The notes below the pieces were generated by a model. It made no database searches. It was given only the letters and a program-made list of their open reading frames with translations, and was not told the DNA's origin. A stretch of DNA of 63,907 bases, the filler included, from Octopus bimaculoides (taxonomy: Eukaryota): assembly GCF_001194135.2 (NCBI RefSeq). It is 9 parts of 8 records of this genome, joined end to end, with 100 filler letters (N's around TTAATTAATTAA, not from the genome) between each part and the next. Parts side by side here need not be neighbours in the genome. Positions count along the whole stretch, not along the records: positions 62,258 to 63,907 come from NW_026430810.1; 8 more parts are not named here. One strand, 5' to 3'. The position numbers and the translations under genes were made by a program. Of this stretch, positions 62,385 through 63,907 are shown in pieces. Positions within the stretch are counted from its first letter, which is position 1; every line of letters begins with the position of its first letter.

Positions 62385-63149
62385 TCTAGATACACCATTT
62401 ATGAATAAAAGACAACTTGGTCATGCCTGGAATATCTTTGGTCATCAGTGTACTGGATTGGAGTTGACCTAGGGTTAAACAACATCATACCTGCAATGAC
62501 ACGTTATACACATACATTTTCAACCATACATACACATGCATCACAAATACTTCTACGTACATACATTAATACACCACACACATAACCTAATACTTACACA
62601 CTCACACTGGATTACTTACATACACACAGACCACAATGCTTACACACACACACACACAAACACTACAATAATACATACATATATATATATATATATGTAT
62701 GTATGTATATATGCCACAATGCTAATACATACACACGCTATACATACAGACATACACCTCAGGACTTATACTTCTTACATCACAGGTACACATATATCAC
62801 AATACTTAGAAAACATGCATATACATTGTATGTTATACACACATTATACTTAAAAACATACACATTCTAGACCATACATACACATGTACTACTTCACTTA
62901 CGCACACATTCACTCATCCTACACCATACATATACATACTTAGCTGCAAATCTATAAGAAGCAAGATACATACAGAAGAATTATATTATAAACACACACT
63001 ACACCACCTACACAAACACACACACAAACATTTACATACACTCATACAGAAAGCAGTCACACATGACTGCATGTTTAGTTCAACCCAGAACTCTAATGTC
63101 AATTTATCAAATTTTATATTGAGACCAAACCACAATTGTAACCAGGAAT

Positions 63150-63410
63150 CATTGACCTGAAGAAAGTCTTTGACATGGTGCCATGTTTTGTGGTCTGGTG
63201 GTTGCAAAGAGTACTATATGGAAATGATAAAGTCATATATAGATATACAAGATGCAATAAGTTCAGTCAGGAACTTTTAACATGCATGTTGGTGTCCATC
63301 GAGGTTCACGTCTGAATCCTGTTTGTTAAAGTCCTCTGTGCTTTAACAGAACAATTTAAGACATAAGTATTCATGGCAACTTCTGTTTGTGTTGAGGATC
63401 GGCTGATATC
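63150..63410 (+). mobile_element. Decayed RTE-clade RT fragment
   Basis: IDLKKVFDMVPCFVVWWLQR (compare DLEKAFDRVP..VIWW) and SWQLLFV (compare PWELLYADD). Confidence 0.65.
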
Positions 63411-63684
63411 AGTCAGCATCAGTCACCAAACAAATGCCACCTTGAAAGAAATCCAGGCAACAGCTGACAACCAGACAACCACTGGATATGGCCGAAAAGG
63501 AATGATGAAACCTAGCTGGAAATGTCATGTGAGGGCATGATGCAGGTATTTGTTTGCCTATATAACAAATCAGACTCACACGTGTTCACAATGTGGATGG
63601 TGGTGATGATCCTGAAATGGACTTAAGATCAAATACTAGTTAGTCAATCCAGTAGGTGGCACCTTTATGGTAACAATAACCCTT

Positions 63685-63907
63685 TCTCCTATGGGCACAA
63701 GACTTGAAATTTCAGGAGAGGGGTTAAGTCAACCACATCAACCCTAGTACTCAAGTGCTGCTTGTTTTATTGATCCTCAAAAGGATAAAATGCTAAGTCA
63801 ACCCCAGCAGCTTTTGAACTCAGTATGTAAAGACAGATGAAATATTCAAATATTACTTAATTTATTGACCCCAAAAGGATGAAAGGCAAAGTCGATCTCG
63901 GTGGAAT
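63685..63907 (-). mobile_element. Two decayed SINE fragments (family A)
   Basis: GGGCACAAGACTTGAAATTT...TTTGAACTCAG and TTGACCCCAAAAGGATGAAAGGCAAAGTCGATCTCGG. Confidence 0.7.

Overview
Eukaryotic (animal) genomic DNA, AT-rich and full of microsatellites. It is most likely an octopus: this is inferred from abundant tRNA-headed SINEs that resemble octopus SINE families as I recall them, with no database check. The window is a gapped draft scaffold. Eight joins are artificial 100-bp linkers (44 N + TTAATTAATTAA + 44 N), so adjacency across them is not guaranteed. I find no supportable host protein-coding gene, rRNA, true tRNA gene or CRISPR array; most long ORFs in the track come from N-runs or microsatellites. 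The sequence is mostly decayed transposable elements: seven Penelope-like element (PLE) insertions from about five lineages, several carrying hammerhead-ribozyme (HHR) motifs; four Tc1/mariner copies; a Helitron; L1/Tx1, RTE and R4/Dong-type LINE fragments; Gypsy-like LTRs with a tRNA-Trp primer-binding site (PBS); MITEs; and many SINEs. The best candidate for an undescribed system is at 56.70-57.24 kb. It is a head-to-head palindrome of two units, each made of a tRNA-derived Pol III promoter, an (AAT)n tract and a type-I minimal HHR. This suggests a Pol III-driven, self-cleaving, non-autonomous retroelement, possibly mobilised by PLEs. Also notable: several further HHR motifs, a 2.3-kb PLE fold-back, a 29-nt duplicated tRNA-Trp PBS, and a telomere-repeat insertion that starts in register with a SINE's own TTAG.
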